Origin: Flavobacterium sp.
GTDB taxonomy: Bacteria > Bacteroidota > Bacteroidia > Flavobacteriales > Flavobacteriaceae
Direction: 5' to 3'
Length of the DNA: 64,000 bases
Assembly (NCBI GenBank): GCA_041916875.1
Contig: JAYRYS010000002.1
Location: 73,865 to 137,864 of the forward strand
Part shown: piece by piece, positions 9,393-17,779 of the stretch
How positions within the stretch are numbered: position 1 is the stretch's first letter
How the letters are laid out: each line of letters starts with the position of its first letter
Notes under the pieces: generated by a model
Told to the model about the DNA's origin: nothing
Database searches by the model: none
What the model saw: only the letters and a program-made list of their open reading frames with translations
Made by a program: the position numbers and the translations under genes

Positions 9393-10352
9393 CTATAGTT
9401 CCAAATTTATTTCAGTCTGTACCCGTTGCTCATACAATTCTATCTTTTGGTGAGCGCGGTTAAAAAATATTTTCCTGTCGCGCGGACCAGATTCATTCAG
9501 TGATTTGGAGTTCTTTATCTGGTGTCTGAAAAATTCATAGGCATTTTTGCACGTATCGGTATCGGATGTTATGAAATACCCAAGCATGGTGTAAGGTACA
9601 AACAGCGATTGCTTTTCGGGCGAGGTGAGCAGTACATTGTTGTTCAGTATCAGCAGCTCATTATAATACAGTTGATAGTTGGAGCCTGCTTTGCAGCAGC
9701 GGCCTTCAGCCTGGCTCAGTATTTCGTGCAGGTCCTGGCATAAATGTTTTGCATTGGTAACCGACAGCAACCCCGCCTGGAAGAAATAATAAATTTGCTG
9801 CAGTGCGCTGTTGATGGTGGTGTCGTTCCAAATTTCGCTTACCTCCACATTGTCATAAACTGATTTTAGCTTGCTGCTGTGTTCCAGCAGGCTCTGGCTG
9901 ATGCTGAAATGCTCAAAGCTTGCCTGGCTTTCAGTACCCACCAGCAGGTTCCACACATAGAGCTTGAATTTGGAGAGCAATGTGCCGCCTATGGTATGGA
10001 AAAGCGGGATGTCCTTGGCGGAATAGATCATCTGCGATTGCGGTATGCTGCCAAAGTAGGCTATCCTTTCGGCCGATTCCTTAAAGTAGGCGGCCATATC
10101 ATCCATGGTGCGTATTTCGGCGGTTTTTTCAACTATTACACTGCGAGTGTCGGTAAAAAGGGAATCCATTGAGATGGAAAAATGCCGGCACAGCTGCACG
10201 GTTTCCTCAATAGAGAATTTACTTTTTTGTGATGCCCTGCGGTGCGCGGCATCATAGCTTACAGCAAGCACGGCGGCAATCTCTTCAATTACCGACGCGC
10301 CCTTGGGCAACCTGCGCCTTATGGCAGTGAGCAATTTATCCTGGTTATCCAT
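9393..10352 (-). CDS. BetR-like HTH transcriptional regulator (Bacteroidota family)
   Basis: N-terminal HTH IEEIAAVLAVSYDAAHRRASQKSKFSIEETVQLCRHFSIS. Start corrected to MDNQDK. Confidence 0.65.
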   Translation of the reverse strand: MDNQDKLLTAIRRRLPKGASVIEEIAAVLAVSYDAAHRRASQKSKFSIEETVQLCRHFSISMDSLFTDTRSVIVEKTAEIRTMDDMAAYFKESAERIAYFGSIPQSQMIYSAKDIPLFHTIGGTLLSKFKLYVWNLLVGTESQASFEHFSISQSLLEHSSKLKSVYDNVEVSEIWNDTTINSALQQIYYFFQAGLLSVTNAKHLCQDLHEILSQAEGRCCKAGSNYQLYYNELLILNNNVLLTSPEKQSLFVPYTMLGYFITSDTDTCKNAYEFFRHQIKNSKSLNESGPRDRKIFFNRAHQKIELYEQRVQTEINLEL

Positions 10353-10373
10353 ATTTGCGAAAAACACAAATAT
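10351..10373. promoter_or_regulatory. inverted-repeat operator overlapping the regulator start codon and -7 box
   Basis: ATATTTGCG-AAAAA-CACAAATAT, 8/9 arm match. Confidence 0.5.
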
Positions 10374-10453
10374 AGTTTTTAAATTAATTCATTCTTACAA
10401 GTGTAACTGTTTTATCCGCAATAATTTCGGTGTATCATTTAAAACTTACTATT

Positions 10454-11104
10454 ATGAAAACTATTTTTTTATGGCTGGTTTGCTTTGCATCGCTTGGCAC
10501 AGCCGCACAGGATTTTGACAACCCTAGCCTTACCAGGGTGTTTAGCTTTAGCCCAATCCCCAAAAAAGTTTCGCAGGTAAATGGGATGGCGTTTGGCATA
10601 GGCCACAATTTTAAGAACGATGAGGCTTTTGCTATTATAAACGGCTTAAACCTGGAGGTGAACCCGGTTACATTGGGTATTTTTTTAATACCAAGAGCGC
10701 CCGTGCCTGCCGAGCATGCCAGTATTATTGTAAATGGGCTCCATCTATCCACAGGTGGATTTTTGAGAGATGGCGCAATCAACGGCGTTGGTGTTTCAGC
10801 TTTTGATTGTAACGTTTGGTCAAATGGGCTAAGTATAACCGCAATGTTTACAATCAGCAGAAATTTAAATGGCGTTCATATATCGTGCGTCAGTATAGAT
10901 TCGGAAAATGGTGCCGGTCTCCTAATCGCTCCTTTTAATAGTTGCGGAGATTTTACAGGATTGCAGATTGGTGCACTGACCGGAGGGAAAACTGTGACCG
11001 GCCTGCAGATAGGACTATTAAACAACGCCCAAAGTCTGAAAGGATTACAGGTAGGCCTGTGGAATAAAAACGGCAAACGCTCATTGCCATTCATTAACTT
11101 TTAA
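10454..11104 (+). CDS. LA_2272-like surface repeat protein
   Basis: Signal peptide; repeated NGL/GLQIGLLN units; C-terminal KRSLPFINF. Start MKTIF. Confidence 0.7.
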   Translation: MKTIFLWLVCFASLGTAAQDFDNPSLTRVFSFSPIPKKVSQVNGMAFGIGHNFKNDEAFAIINGLNLEVNPVTLGIFLIPRAPVPAEHASIIVNGLHLSTGGFLRDGAINGVGVSAFDCNVWSNGLSITAMFTISRNLNGVHISCVSIDSENGAGLLIAPFNSCGDFTGLQIGALTGGKTVTGLQIGLLNNAQSLKGLQVGLWNKNGKRSLPFINF

Positions 11105-11116
11105 CCTATAACTATT

Positions 11117-11719
11117 ATGAAAAACCTACCTAAATTACTTATCGGTTTCCGCCTGGTGCTGGGTCCGGTTATGATAGTACTTACTTATTGTTATGGCAAT
11201 TCTGCCCGGTTTGTTTTGGTGCTGATGCTGCTGGCCGGTATATTGTCTGACATTTTTGATGGCATCTATGCACGGATGTACCAGGTTTCCACCGAAAAGC
11301 TGCGCCGCATGGACAGCCAGGTTGATGTTGTATTTTGGCTTTGCGCCGGCTGGTGTGCCTGGATCTTAAACCCTGAAATAATAATCGATAACAGATACGC
11401 TATCATTACCACTTTTGTGATGGAAGGGCTAACTTATGTTTTCAGCCTGTTGAAGTTTGGCAAGGAAACCTGCACGCATGCGCTTCTGTCCAAGCTGTGG
11501 GGCATCACGCTGTTTGCTGCTTTTGTGTCCATATTGGGTTTTGGGTATGCGGGTGTATCATTAGCATTAGCAGTAATTTTCGGTATTATATCACATATCG
11601 ACGTGTACCTGATCATAATGTTCCTGCCCAAATGGGAGCATGATGTGCCCAGCGCCTGGCATGCCTGGCAAATACGCCAGGGACGGGAAATAAAAAAGCA
11701 TAAGATTTTTAATGGGTGA
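11117..11719 (+). CDS. CDP-alcohol phosphatidyltransferase family protein
   Basis: SDIFDGIYAR...RMDSQVD motif, multiple TM helices. Confidence 0.88.
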   Translation: MKNLPKLLIGFRLVLGPVMIVLTYCYGNSARFVLVLMLLAGILSDIFDGIYARMYQVSTEKLRRMDSQVDVVFWLCAGWCAWILNPEIIIDNRYAIITTFVMEGLTYVFSLLKFGKETCTHALLSKLWGITLFAAFVSILGFGYAGVSLALAVIFGIISHIDVYLIIMFLPKWEHDVPSAWHAWQIRQGREIKKHKIFNG

Positions 11720-11749
11720 GGAAAGCTCAATAGCATTTAAGCTCTATAG

Positions 11750-11787
11750 CTAAAAATCCTGCCGCTTTTCAGTGACAGGATTTTTAT
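11750..11787 (-). terminator. terminator, copy 1 of a duplicated element
   Basis: AAAAATCCTGCCGC-ttttca-GTGACAGGATTTTT. Confidence 0.75.
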
Positions 11788-11800
11788 TTCTATATCAGTA

Positions 11801-12676
11801 TTATTCGTAATAATAATAACGTTCCAAGTTTCTATCGGCCTGGTACGCCCCAACATATCCTGTGCCCTTAGTGTAAATGATATAACCATCTGAATCAAAC
11901 TGGCTTTCAAAGGTTATAGTTTCAGTATTACCGTAAAAGTCATTATAGGAGTAAGACTTAAGGTAATAATTACCATTTTCTACGGTAGTAATGCGCGACT
12001 CACCAAACTCAAGGAAGAGGTTGTTACGCTCGTTAACCGTTTTTTGCATGTTAATAGGCATAGATGTGTTATAATAATCAAGGCTCACTTCACCTGAACC
12101 TGTACTCAGGTTATTTTTTATTATTTTATCGCCATCATATTCTGAGTCATTTTCTATCAGGCCCATGCCGTTAAGGGTTGTTGCCCAGGTATACTGTGGC
12201 ATTACCAGCCCTGTATCTGTATCATAGTGTTCAACGGTTACATTGCCTGCTCCATAAACAAACCGGGTTAATGATGGTGATGTGGAATATGGCATGGTTA
12301 TTTTTTCTTCGATTAGCCTGCCCTGATTGTCAAAAGTATGTATAAATTCACGGAAATACATATCGCCATAATTTATAATATTGCTGTAAACTGAAAACTG
12401 GTGCACATTACCGGTGTAGGTATGAATCACTTTTCCGTCTAACACGCCTGACGCATTAAATGTACTGTCAGCCACAATTTTATTATTTTCAAAATATTGC
12501 ACATTCTTGTAACTGTCAGCCTGATTATTGTCATAAGCTGTTTTTGAAGGCGTATAAGTTACTGTTTTACGCAGCTGAAGTTCAGTATCGTTATCTACAG
12601 GTGTAGTTTCATCATCGCTACATGCGGCAAGCATTGTGATAAAAGCAAAAGCCAAGGGTGAAAATTTTAATTTCAT
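11801..12676 (-). CDS. hypothetical surface lipoprotein (YD-like beta-rich)
   Basis: Lipobox LAAC followed by acidic SDDET (Flavobacterium surface-export signal); Tyr-rich strands; AT-rich. Confidence 0.75.
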   Translation of the reverse strand: MKLKFSPLAFAFITMLAACSDDETTPVDNDTELQLRKTVTYTPSKTAYDNNQADSYKNVQYFENNKIVADSTFNASGVLDGKVIHTYTGNVHQFSVYSNIINYGDMYFREFIHTFDNQGRLIEEKITMPYSTSPSLTRFVYGAGNVTVEHYDTDTGLVMPQYTWATTLNGMGLIENDSEYDGDKIIKNNLSTGSGEVSLDYYNTSMPINMQKTVNERNNLFLEFGESRITTVENGNYYLKSYSYNDFYGNTETITFESQFDSDGYIIYTKGTGYVGAYQADRNLERYYYYE

Positions 12677-12751
12677 AAGACAGTTTTTGTTTTGTAAATA
12701 AACAAATAAAACCGGAAAAACCCTACTCTTTTAAAATCAGACCTATGCCAA

Positions 12752-12790
12752 CTAAAAAACCCTGCCGCTTTTCAGCGACAGGGTTTTTAT
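12752..12790 (-). terminator. pnp terminator, copy 2 of a duplicated element
   Basis: AAAAACCCTGCCGC-ttttca-GCGACAGGGTTTTT. Confidence 0.8.
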
Positions 12791-12811
12791 CTGAATTAAC
12801 CTTATCAGTAA

Positions 12812-15127
12812 TTAAGATTCTTGTGGGGCGTTTCCGCCGTTATCTTCATTTCTCGGTTCGCGTGGCTCGCGGTTTTCACGTGGCCTGTCGTCGCGCCTGT
12901 CCTGTCTTGGTCCACGGTCACGGGAGTTGCGGTCATCACGGCCACGGTTGTCGCGTCCGCCTTCACGCGGGCCGCGGTTTTCGCGCTGTGGTGCATTCTC
13001 ATCCCTTGGCGGGCGAGGAAGCAAAGCTTTCCTTGAAACTTTTTCTTTTCTTGTTTTAGGGTCAATGCCAATGTATTTCACATCAAACACATCACCCATA
13101 TTTACTATGTCGGTCACATTTTCGGTACGTGCCCAGTCCAGTTCGCTCACGTGAAGCAATACTTCGTTGCCTGGAGCATCCATATATTCTACCACCGCAC
13201 CAAAATCAAGAAGCTTGATTACTTTTACGCTGTAAGTTTCGCCAACTTGCGGCTTGAATATGATAGAATCGATTTTCTTAAGTACCATGTCAATGCCTTC
13301 AGGGCTTGTACCTAGGATTTCCACTTCACCCTGCTCGTTCACCTCGTTGATAACGATAGTAGTACCCGAAGCTTTCTGAAGTTCCTGGATAACTTTTCCA
13401 CCAGGCCCGATAAGCGCACCGATAAACGCACCCGGTATGGTAACCATGATGATTTTTGGAGCATGCCTTTTCACTTCTGGCCTTGGGGTGTCAATCACTT
13501 CAACCAGCTTGCCCAGTATGTGAAGGCGTCCTTCGCGTGCCTGCTCAAGGGCTTTTTCCATGATCTCATAGTTAAGGCCTTCAATCTTTATGTCCATCTG
13601 GCAGGCAGTAATACCATCAGCCGTACCGGTTACTTTAAAGTCCATATCGCCCAGGTGATCTTCATCACCAAGAATGTCGCTCAATACGGCATACCTTCCG
13701 GTTTTGTCGTCAGAAATAAGGCCCATGGCAATACCTGATACCGGTTTGATCATCTGGATACCGGCATCCATAAGTGCAAGCGTACCTGCACAAACTGTAG
13801 CCATTGATGATGAACCGTTAGATTCCAGTACTTCCGATACGATACGCACGGTGTATGGGTTGTCCTGAGGTATCATGTTTTTAAGTGCACGCTGTGCCAG
13901 GTTACCGTGACCTACTTCGCGCCTTGAAGTTCCCCTTAGCGGTTTAGCTTCGCCGGTAGAGAAAGGAGGGAAGTTATAGTGCAGGTAAAACCTTTCTTCG
14001 CCCTGCTCAGTCGGCAGGTCAATAACATTGGCTTCGCGAGATGTGCCAAGGGTTACCGTAGCAAGCGCCTGGGTTTCGCCCCTTGTAAATAATGATGAAC
14101 CGTGTGCTGAAGGAAGATAATCCACTTCGCACCAGATAGGGCGAATCTCGTTGGTTTTCCTTCCGTCAAGGCGGATACCCAAGTCAAGTATCACGTTCCT
14201 CACGGCCTCTTTTTGTGATTTGTAAAGGTATTTGCTGATAAGGTCCGCGTTTTCAAGAAGTTCTTCTTCAGTGAACGCTTCCTTAACCTCTTCCTTAACG
14301 GCAGCGAATTTTTCAGAACGCTCGTGCTTAGCTGAACTTTCCTTTGCTATGGCAAAAAACTTGTCATAAGAAAGCTCATATACTTTTGCCTTCACGGTAT
14401 CGTCGTTCCTTTCTTCCTCGTAAGTCCTTACTTCGCCTTTTCCTGCAGCAGCCTTAAGCCTTTCCTGTGCGGCAATCTGAACTTTGATGGCTTCGTGCGC
14501 AAATTTAATTGCCTCAACCATTTCTTTTTCAGATATCTCTTTCATCTCACCCTCAACCATCGCGATAGAGTCTTTTGATGCGCCTATCATCATGTCGATG
14601 TCAGATTCAGCAAGCTGAGCCTTGCTTGGGTTGATTACCAGCTGGCCGTTTACCCTTGCTACACGCACCTCAGATATAAGGGTGTGGAAAGGAATGTCAG
14701 AAATTGATAGCGCTGCCGAAGCTGCAAGCCCTGCAAGTGCATCAGGCATTACTTCTTCGTCATGGCTCATCAGCTGGATCATTACCTGCGTTTCAGCATG
14801 GTAATCGTCAGGGAAAAGCGGGCGCAGTACGCGGTCCACAAGCCTCATGGTTAATACTTCGCTGTCGCTCGGCCTTGCCTCGCGCTTAAAGAAGCCTCCC
14901 GGGAAACGGCCTGCTGCAGCAAACTTTTCGCGGTAGTCAACAGTAAGCGGCAAAAAGTCAATGCCGGGATTAGCTGTCCTTGCAGAAACCACTGTGGCAA
15001 GCAACATGGTGTTACCCATTTGTACCACTACCGACCCATCGGCCTGTTTTGCAAGTTTTCCTGTTTCGATCGAGATGCTTCGTCCATCTCCCAGATCGAT
15101 GATTTCTCTAGTTACGTTAGGAATCAT
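12812..15127 (-). CDS. pnp: polyribonucleotide nucleotidyltransferase
   Basis: [46 protein letters not shown] and S1 domains, Arg/Asp-rich tail. Start corrected to MIPNV. Confidence 0.97.
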   Translation of the reverse strand: MIPNVTREIIDLGDGRSISIETGKLAKQADGSVVVQMGNTMLLATVVSARTANPGIDFLPLTVDYREKFAAAGRFPGGFFKREARPSDSEVLTMRLVDRVLRPLFPDDYHAETQVMIQLMSHDEEVMPDALAGLAASAALSISDIPFHTLISEVRVARVNGQLVINPSKAQLAESDIDMMIGASKDSIAMVEGEMKEISEKEMVEAIKFAHEAIKVQIAAQERLKAAAGKGEVRTYEEERNDDTVKAKVYELSYDKFFAIAKESSAKHERSEKFAAVKEEVKEAFTEEELLENADLISKYLYKSQKEAVRNVILDLGIRLDGRKTNEIRPIWCEVDYLPSAHGSSLFTRGETQALATVTLGTSREANVIDLPTEQGEERFYLHYNFPPFSTGEAKPLRGTSRREVGHGNLAQRALKNMIPQDNPYTVRIVSEVLESNGSSSMATVCAGTLALMDAGIQMIKPVSGIAMGLISDDKTGRYAVLSDILGDEDHLGDMDFKVTGTADGITACQMDIKIEGLNYEIMEKALEQAREGRLHILGKLVEVIDTPRPEVKRHAPKIIMVTIPGAFIGALIGPGGKVIQELQKASGTTIVINEVNEQGEVEILGTSPEGIDMVLKKIDSIIFKPQVGETYSVKVIKLLDFGAVVEYMDAPGNEVLLHVSELDWARTENVTDIVNMGDVFDVKYIGIDPKTRKEKVSRKALLPRPPRDENAPQRENRGPREGGRDNRGRDDRNSRDRGPRQDRRDDRPRENREPREPRNEDNGGNAPQES

Positions 15128-15232
15128 AAATTCTAATTCTTGATTAAACAATGGATTCTTAGTTGTGTTGTAGTTGTTGTTGTGTAGTTGTTTAGAACCC
15201 AATGAAAAACCAAACTTTTTCTGCCGATATGT

Positions 15233-15265
15233 AAAAACAAAAAGAGGCGCGCGGGCACCTCTTTT
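15233..15265 (-). terminator. rpsO terminator
   Basis: Minus strand AAAAGAGGTGC-ccgc-GCGCCTCTTTTTGTTTTT. Confidence 0.8.
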
Positions 15266-15273
15266 CATCTCGA

Positions 15274-15543
15274 TTATTTTCTGATGTTCAATTCTTTGAT
15301 AATCTCACGATACCTGTTGATATCTTTCTTTTTCAGGTAGTCAAGAAGGCTCCTCCTTTTACCTACCAGCTTTACAAGAGAGCGCTCCGTGTTGAAATCG
15401 TGGCGATTCTTCTTAAGGTGCCCTGTAAGGTGGTTAATCCTGAACGTGAAAAGCGCAATCTGGCCTTCGGCTGAACCGGTGTTGGCTGCAGCACCGCCGT
15501 GTTTTGCGAAAATTTCTTCTTTAACTTCTTTAGTCAAGTACAT
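15274..15543 (-). CDS. rpsO: 30S ribosomal protein S15
   Basis: 89 aa: [12 protein letters not shown]...[10 protein letters not shown]...[12 protein letters not shown]. Confidence 0.98.
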   Translation of the reverse strand: MYLTKEVKEEIFAKHGGAAANTGSAEGQIALFTFRINHLTGHLKKNRHDFNTERSLVKLVGKRRSLLDYLKKKDINRYREIIKELNIRK

Positions 15544-15605
15544 GCTAATATTATTTAAATGATTATTATGTATATCAGGGTTTTTCCTGATTGGGTGCAA
15601 AGGTA
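15544..15605 (-). promoter_or_regulatory. rpsO promoter (-7 TACCTTTG) and 5' UTR hairpin, probable S15 ribosomal leader
   Basis: CAAAGGTA at 15598-15605; ATCAGG/CCTGAT hairpin at 15574-15591. S15 leaders are known upstream of rpsO, including a proposed Flavobacteria class. Confidence 0.5.
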
Positions 15606-15631
15606 AACTTTTTTTCTTGTTGGGCAAAAAA

Positions 15632-15722
15632 AATTTGTTTCAGGTTTCAGGTTTAAAGTTTCATGTTGCTTACTCAAACGCATAGCCGCACAGAACCTGA
15701 AACTTTAAACCTGAAACAAATT
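15632..15722. repeat. heptamer (GTTTCAG)-built inverted-repeat element without a gene
   Basis: AATTT GTTTCAG GTTTCAG GTTTAAA GTTTCAT GTT ... AAC CTGAAAC TTTAAAC CTGAAAC AAATT. Confidence 0.85.
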
Positions 15723-16176
15723 AAAACAATTTCGCCACCTCCTCATTCACAAACTCTAAAAAGCGCTCATCTCTTTCCGTAAAGGCGTCCAGTACTTCAG
15801 AGTCAATGTCTATCTGGCCTATGTTTTCGCCGTTTACAAATAATGGCACAACAATTTCAGATTTTACGGTCATGCTGCACGCTATATAATTACTTTGTGC
15901 AGTAACATCGGGCACTACAAAGTTTTTGTTGCTTACGGCTACCTGGCCGCAAATACCTTTGCCAAAAGGTATCACGGTATGGTCGGTTGGCTCGCCGGCA
16001 TAAGGGCCAAGCACCAGCTCTTCCTTATCGCCGTTGCGAAAGTAAAAGCCCACCCAGTCATAATAATCTATATTATCGTGCAACAGGTGGCACAGCTGCA
16101 ATAACTTTTCGTCCCTCAACACATCCTGGTGGTGTAGTATGTCGGTAACTTTTGGCTGTAATTCTTCAAATGTCAT
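15721..16176 (-). CDS. GAF-domain protein, free methionine-(R)-sulfoxide reductase-like
   Basis: WVGFY, LVLGPY, GKGICG, YIAC, SEIVVP, IDIDS. Start MTFEEL; -7 box TACTTTTG at 16194-16201. Confidence 0.85.
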   Translation of the reverse strand: MTFEELQPKVTDILHHQDVLRDEKLLQLCHLLHDNIDYYDWVGFYFRNGDKEELVLGPYAGEPTDHTVIPFGKGICGQVAVSNKNFVVPDVTAQSNYIACSMTVKSEIVVPLFVNGENIGQIDIDSEVLDAFTERDERFLEFVNEEVAKLF

Positions 16177-16249
16177 GGTAATAAATCTTTCGGCAAAAGT
16201 AGTTGTAAAACCGGGTTGAATTTCCATATTTTTGTTAAAAATACCATTA

Positions 16250-16801
16250 ATGGAACTTCTGCGGAAAAATAAGGCCTTCTTTATCTTCCTGGCAAAATTT
16301 GGGCTTACCTATTTGGCGCTTTCGGGAATTTATGCCCTATACCTTTCGCAGTTTGATGCCGCCCGCAATGAGCCTGACGTCATAACCGGTATAGTGGCAT
16401 ACCAAACCCAAGACCTGCTTGTGTTTTTTGGCGAAGATGCTTTTACCCGCCCCCGGCAATATGAAAACTCGTACAAGTTTTTTATAGGCGATATTGCTGT
16501 GGCCCGTATTGTAGAAGGCTGTAACGGCATTAGCGTGATGATATTATTTGTATCTTTCATCGTGGCGTTTTCTTCCACGATAAAAAAAACAATGTTATAT
16601 ATAGGTGTGGGGCTCATTACTCTGCATGTGCTTAATATAGTTCGTATAGCGCTGTTATGTGTCAGCTTTTACTATTACCCGCAATATAGCGAGGTAGCGC
16701 ATGATGTGTTTTTTCCGCTGTTTATTTACGGGGTTGTCTTTGTGTTATGGATTTTTTGGGTTGTAAAATTTTCAGGCTATGGCAAAAAAACTAAGGCTTA
16801 G
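16250..16801 (+). CDS. xrtF: exosortase family protein XrtF
   Basis: ARIVEGCNGISV (Cys), NIVRIA (Arg), AHD (His); multi-TM; followed by partner gene. Confidence 0.85.
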   Translation: MELLRKNKAFFIFLAKFGLTYLALSGIYALYLSQFDAARNEPDVITGIVAYQTQDLLVFFGEDAFTRPRQYENSYKFFIGDIAVARIVEGCNGISVMILFVSFIVAFSSTIKKTMLYIGVGLITLHVLNIVRIALLCVSFYYYPQYSEVAHDVFFPLFIYGVVFVLWIFWVVKFSGYGKKTKA

Positions 16802-17210
16802 CGGTTTTGATATTTTAGGCATAGCCCTGCTGCTGGTACTATTGGTATCGGTACGCCTGTTTCAGGACAACCTGTTTTATGACCCGCTGATTGTATTTTT
16901 TAAAAAAGATACCAAAATACTTCCGCAGATGGATGTAATGAGGTTGCTGTTAGGCTTATTATTCCGTTATGCGCTCAACACTGCTTTTTCGCTGGGCATA
17001 CTTTGGCTGGTGTTTAAGGACTGGGCTATAATCCGGTTATCGGCAATTTTGTATAGTATATTTTTTATTTTGCTGATTGTGGCATTTGTAGTTACCATCA
17101 GTATGGACAGCCCGCACCTGCTGGCATTGTTCTATGTAAGGAGGTTCCTTATCCAGCCGATTTTCCTTATCCTTTTTATACCTGCATTCTATTATCAAAA
17201 AAAAGCATAA
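16779..17210 (+). CDS. exosortase F system-associated membrane protein
   Basis: LFYDPL and FYVRRFLIQPIFLILFIPAFYYQ motifs; overlaps xrtF. Confidence 0.85.
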   Translation: MAKKLRLSGFDILGIALLLVLLVSVRLFQDNLFYDPLIVFFKKDTKILPQMDVMRLLLGLLFRYALNTAFSLGILWLVFKDWAIIRLSAILYSIFFILLIVAFVVTISMDSPHLLALFYVRRFLIQPIFLILFIPAFYYQKKA

Positions 17211-17268
17211 CACTTTCTGTAAATTTTACAGCCTGGCGAAATGATAATTTGTGTACTTTTGCCCTTGT

Positions 17269-17712
17269 ATGAAGAGTAACAGGTACATAAGCATTCTTTT
17301 ATCGGTACTGATATTGGTTTCCAATATCGGGCTGGCGCTTAATGTACACTATTGCATGGGCGAAGTATCTTCGGTATCGCTCGCTTATAAGGCAGTTGAG
17401 CCTATAAACGAGCACCACCAGCATAATGAGCATAAGCATGGCCATAAAAAAGCCTGCTGCTCTGTTACGGACGATAACCACAAAAGCTGCTGCGATAACG
17501 ACTTAGTAAAGCTACAGGACAAGAATGATGGTAAGGTAATAGTAAAATCATTCCAGCTGGATCTTGGTGCTTTTTGCGTTATGGACCAGTGGAAGCCGGT
17601 ACAGTTTTACACCAAAGTGCCTGCCCGGGCACAGCAAATCCCTTCCTTTTACTGCGAGGCCAATGCGCCCCCGCTGTTTAAACTCTATTGCCAGTACATT
17701 TTTTACGCCTAA
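17269..17712 (+). CDS. HYC_CC_PP family protein (His/Cys-rich, exported)
   Basis: NVHYCMG, ACC, SCC, NAPP, His-rich tract. Start MKSNR lies 7 nt after -7 box TACTTTTG (17254-17261). Confidence 0.85.
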   Translation: MKSNRYISILLSVLILVSNIGLALNVHYCMGEVSSVSLAYKAVEPINEHHQHNEHKHGHKKACCSVTDDNHKSCCDNDLVKLQDKNDGKVIVKSFQLDLGAFCVMDQWKPVQFYTKVPARAQQIPSFYCEANAPPLFKLYCQYIFYA

Positions 17713-17779
17713 GCATACTGTTTTTTGATATTTCCCTGATGGGGAAGCAATAAATCAATAACATTATGACTTATACATT

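Noticed and set aside
12812-13010. Arg/Asp-rich repeats at the pnp 3' end (also Lys/Ala tail of topA, GW repeats of DUF4136, poly-Thr lipoprotein)
   Set aside because: These are low-complexity protein tails typical of the families, not DNA-level elements.
15128-15268. N-terminal extensions in the ORF track for pnp (also rpe, rpsO, groES, miaB, 48484-48942, 61245-63272)
   Set aside because: The extensions run through promoters, terminators or repeats; downstream ATGs match the family N-termini.
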